Shown piece after piece: positions 61,509-64,000 of a DNA stretch of 64,000 bases. The notes under the pieces were generated by a model. The model did not search any database, was not told the DNA's origin, and worked only from the letters and a program-made list of their open reading frames with translations. Source of the stretch: an uncultured Bacteroidales bacterium (GTDB taxonomy: Bacteria > Bacteroidota > Bacteroidia > Bacteroidales > WCHB1-69); assembly GCA_946186495.1 (NCBI GenBank), contig CAMHNQ010000004.1, forward strand, positions 12,739 to 76,738. Reading direction: 5' to 3'. The translations under genes and the position numbers were made by a program. Each line of letters starts with the position of its first letter. Within the stretch, counting starts at the first letter, position 1.

Positions 61509-62675
61509 ATGAAAAAATACGATTTCGACAACATCGCAGACCGTAAAGGAACGTTTTGCGTGAAGCATGACATGACCAGGGAGGTGTTCGGGACGGACGA
61601 CCTGCTTCCCATGTGGGTTGCCGACATGGACTTCAAGACCCCCGACTTCATTCTCGAAGCCATCACAAAGCGATGCAGCCACGAGGTGTTAGGCTACACC
61701 TTCGCCCCGGACAGCTACAAGATGGCCGTGCTGAACTGGTTCCAGCACCGCTACGGCATCGCCACGAAATGGAACCGCATGCACTTCATCCCCGGCATTG
61801 TGCAGGGCATCGCCTTCGCGCTTCAGACTTTCACCCGCCCGGGGGACAAGGTGTTGATTACCACGCCCGTTTACCCGCCGTTCATCAACGTGCCGCACCG
61901 AACAGGGAGGGTGTTCGTCAGCAGCCCGCTGAAAACCGAGGAGGGACGATTCACCATCAACTTTGAGGATTTCGAGCGAAAGGCGGAAGGGTGCAAAATC
62001 CTGATTCTCAGCAATCCGCACAATCCAGGAGGGAGAGTTTGGACGAAAGAGGAGCTGTCGCAGGTTGCCGACATCTGCCTCCGGAAGCGCGTGCTGGTCA
62101 TTTCAGACGAGATCCACGCCGACCTCACCTTCCCGGCGCACCGGCACACCTCCTTCTCGACGGTCTCGGAAGCGGCGGAACACAACTCGATTACATTCTT
62201 CGCCCCGAGCAAGACGTTCAACATGGCCGGGCTTGCCTCCTCTGTCTGCTACGTTCCCGACGAAGGGATACGCCGGGCTTTTTTCGGGTTCCTGGACAAC
62301 AACGAGCTCTCGCTAGGCAACATCTTCGGATACTATGCGGCGGAGGCGGCGTTCGCACATGGCGAGGAATGGCTGCGGCAGCTGCTCAGCTACCTGCAAG
62401 GCAACATTGACGCGGCAGAATCGTACCTGCGGACGCACTGTCCGGAGGTCACGTTCATGCGTCCCGAGGCCTCGTTTTTGCTGTGGATGGATTTCAGATT
62501 GTGGAATCTTCCGCAAAAAGAGCTTGCCCGCAGGCTGGTTTTCGATGCCAAAATAGGCCTCAACAACGGAACGGACTTCGGCCCCGAAGGGGAGGGTTTC
62601 ATGCGGATGAACATTGGCACGAACCGCGCGACCGTGCTGGAGGGCCTCCGAAGAATAGCATCCGTAAGAGGCTGA
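61509..62675 (+). CDS. MalY/PatB-type PLP-dependent C-S lyase (cystathionine beta-lyase-like aminotransferase class I/II)
   Basis: MKKYDFDNIADRKGT...KHD.....FGT.D.LPMWVADMDF and the PLP-Lys motif APSKTFNMAGLA. The start was moved 18 codons downstream of the listed ORF. Confidence 0.8.
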   Translation: MKKYDFDNIADRKGTFCVKHDMTREVFGTDDLLPMWVADMDFKTPDFILEAITKRCSHEVLGYTFAPDSYKMAVLNWFQHRYGIATKWNRMHFIPGIVQGIAFALQTFTRPGDKVLITTPVYPPFINVPHRTGRVFVSSPLKTEEGRFTINFEDFERKAEGCKILILSNPHNPGGRVWTKEELSQVADICLRKRVLVISDEIHADLTFPAHRHTSFSTVSEAAEHNSITFFAPSKTFNMAGLASSVCYVPDEGIRRAFFGFLDNNELSLGNIFGYYAAEAAFAHGEEWLRQLLSYLQGNIDAAESYLRTHCPEVTFMRPEASFLLWMDFRLWNLPQKELARRLVFDAKIGLNNGTDFGPEGEGFMRMNIGTNRATVLEGLRRIASVRG

Positions 62676-62703
62676 CCCTTTGGTTCATGGAAACAACTGA
62701 AAT

Positions 62704-62735
62704 AAAAAAAGCCGTTCGGATGAACGGCTTTTTTT
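62704..62735. terminator. Bidirectional terminator (A7-GCCGTTC-GGAT-GAACGGC-T7) between patB-like gene and tRNA-Leu
   Basis: A perfect 7-bp stem flanked by an A-run and a T-run. Confidence 0.7.
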
Positions 62736-62736
62736 G

Positions 62737-62823
62737 TGGTGCCCAGGACAAGAGTCGAACTTGCACGGGAGTACTCCCACTACCCCCTCAAAGTAGCGTG
62801 TCTACCAATTCCACCACCTGGGC
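62737..62823 (-). tRNA. tRNA-Leu (anticodon GAG), class II with long variable arm, CCA encoded
   Basis: The minus strand reads GCCCAGG-TG-GTG..CAC-G-CTACT-TTGAGGG-GGTAG-(variable arm TGGGAGTACTCCCG)-GCAAG-TTCGACT-CTTGT-CCTGGGC-ACCA. All four stems pair. Confidence 0.9.
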
Positions 62824-62903
62824 TTGAAAGACGCGGCAAAAATACAATTTTTTTGATATGGTGCACCACTTTCAGAAAAAAAATTTTGTATCCAAAAAAA
62901 TCG

Positions 62904-62911
62904 TATATTTG
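62904..62911 (+). promoter_or_regulatory. -7 promoter motif TATATTTG for the glycogen-synthase-like gene
   Basis: Exact TAnnTTTG, 19 nt upstream of the ATG at 62930. Confidence 0.4.
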
Positions 62912-62929
62912 CCGTCCAAAATTATTATA

Positions 62930-63748
62930 ATGGCTCAAAAGAAGGTTTTATTCATCACACCCGAGATTTACCCCTACTTTCCAGAGGGGTACATATCCAA
63001 CATCTGCCGTTTTCTGCCACAGGGGATACAAGAGCGGGAGAACGAAATCCGCACATTCATGCCGAAATTCGGCTGCGTGAACGACCACAAGCACATGCTG
63101 CACGAGGTCATCCGCCTGTCTGGACAGAACATCATCATTGAGGACACAGACCATCCCCTCATCATCAAAGTGGCATCCCTTCAGAATGTGAGGATGCAGA
63201 TTTACTTCATCGACAGCGAGGATTTCTTCAAGCGGAAGACCCAGTACCACGATTCCGAGGGCGTGTTCTACCCGGACAACGACTCCAGGGCGATTTTCTA
63301 CGCCAAAGGGGTCATCGAAACCGTGAGGAAGCTGGGTTGGGACCCCAACATCATCCATTGCCATGGCTGGATCTCGGCCTTGGTGCCTCTCTTCGTCAAA
63401 ACCGTCTACAAGGACGACCCGCTCCTCCAAGGCACCCAGGTGGTCTTCTCCATCCTGCCCGACGAGTTCCCCGACAAGTTCTCGACCAACTTCGCCAAAA
63501 AGCTGAAACAGACCAACATCCCCACCTCCGGGCTGAAGCACTTCCGCAAGGCCGGATACGACCAAATCATCCAAGCCGCCATCGACTACTCTGATGGCAT
63601 AGCCCTCACCAAGGACATCAAAAAGAAACTGCTCACCTACGTCGAAAAGTCCGGCAAGCCAGTGCTACAACATCCCGAAGATGACAACTACGTGGACATG
63701 TACGATGAGTTCTACGATGAACTTCTGGAAATGCACACTAACGAATAG
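62930..63748 (+). CDS. Short glycogen/starch synthase-like protein (GT5 N-terminal catalytic domain only)
   Basis: KVLFITPEIYPY........I......LPQ.....G.EIR.FMPK.G is the starch-synthase N-domain pattern. At 272 aa it lacks the GT1 C-domain, as is common in Bacteroidales. Confidence 0.65.
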   Translation: MAQKKVLFITPEIYPYFPEGYISNICRFLPQGIQERENEIRTFMPKFGCVNDHKHMLHEVIRLSGQNIIIEDTDHPLIIKVASLQNVRMQIYFIDSEDFFKRKTQYHDSEGVFYPDNDSRAIFYAKGVIETVRKLGWDPNIIHCHGWISALVPLFVKTVYKDDPLLQGTQVVFSILPDEFPDKFSTNFAKKLKQTNIPTSGLKHFRKAGYDQIIQAAIDYSDGIALTKDIKKKLLTYVEKSGKPVLQHPEDDNYVDMYDEFYDELLEMHTNE

Positions 63749-63754
63749 GAATTC

Positions 63755-64000
63755 ATGAAAAGACTATCGATCTTCTGCACATTAGCCCTGCTAACGTGCA
63801 TTTTTTTCAACGCATGCAACAACCAGGCGTCAGAAATCGGCCTGGATCTGATAGGCAACCCCGTGGATACTGAATTCACGGACACCATCACCGTCCAAGC
63901 CTACTCCATGCTGGAGGACACCATCAACACCACCAACACTTCGGCCAACATCGTCGGCCACCTCAGCGACCCCGTGTTCGGGAACAGCCGCGCGGGCATC
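63755..64000 (+). CDS. Lipoprotein, DUF4270-like (3' end outside the window)
   Basis: MKRLSIFCTLALLTCIFFNAC lipobox. The position after the glycogen-synthase-like gene matches the usual Bacteroidales arrangement (from memory). Confidence 0.45.
   Translation, partial: MKRLSIFCTLALLTCIFFNACNNQASEIGLDLIGNPVDTEFTDTITVQAYSMLEDTINTTNTSANIVGHLSDPVFGNSRAGI

Overview
This 64-kb chromosomal window appears to come from a Bacteroidota (Bacteroidales-like) genome with a GC-rich backbone, roughly 55-65% by eye. That assignment is an inference from three things: TAnnTTTG -7 promoter motifs in front of most genes, a complete porP-gldK-gldL-gldM-gldN type IX secretion (T9SS) operon, and FISUMP-domain and T9SS-CTD proteins.

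Most of the window is ordinary core genome:
- a UvrA paralogue, an MFS transporter and a GH92 alpha-mannosidase
- YraN, RNase P RNA (hidden under a spurious ORF) and dnaN
- tryptophanase and recQ
- the T9SS core operon
- an ECF sigma module, crt/hbd and aminotransferases
- a roughly 1,990-aa alpha-2-macroglobulin
- mtaB, an M16 peptidase and recR
- tRNA-Leu(GAG) and a glycogen-synthase-like gene

Two regions look accessory:
1. A low-GC type II restriction-modification pair at 5.1-7.2 kb, wedged between the sugar transporter and the mannosidase.
2. The 41.1-51.9 kb block. It holds a 2,043-aa mosaic surface protein (tail-fibre-like repeats, an 11-residue-repeat stalk, FN3/PKD modules and two FISUMP lectin-like domains) with a 10-nt poly-C tract in its leader. 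Behind it lies about 4 kb of decayed or cassette-like DNA:
   - two orphan copies of the giant gene's last codons plus stop
   - a GC-rich hairpin cluster and a 100-bp element bounded by inverted repeats
   - two unrelated small genes (a DUF5618-like protein and a repeat-rich PD-(D/E)xK-like protein), each preceded by a homologous promoter/leader block
   - roughly 60-bp direct repeats bracketing the second small gene
   - an internally deleted IS5-family transposase

I cannot show that this block is a defined functional system. It is the part of the window most worth follow-up. No CRISPR array, reverse transcriptase, integrase or invertase is visible.

All family names were recognised by eye from motifs and need HMM or BLAST confirmation.
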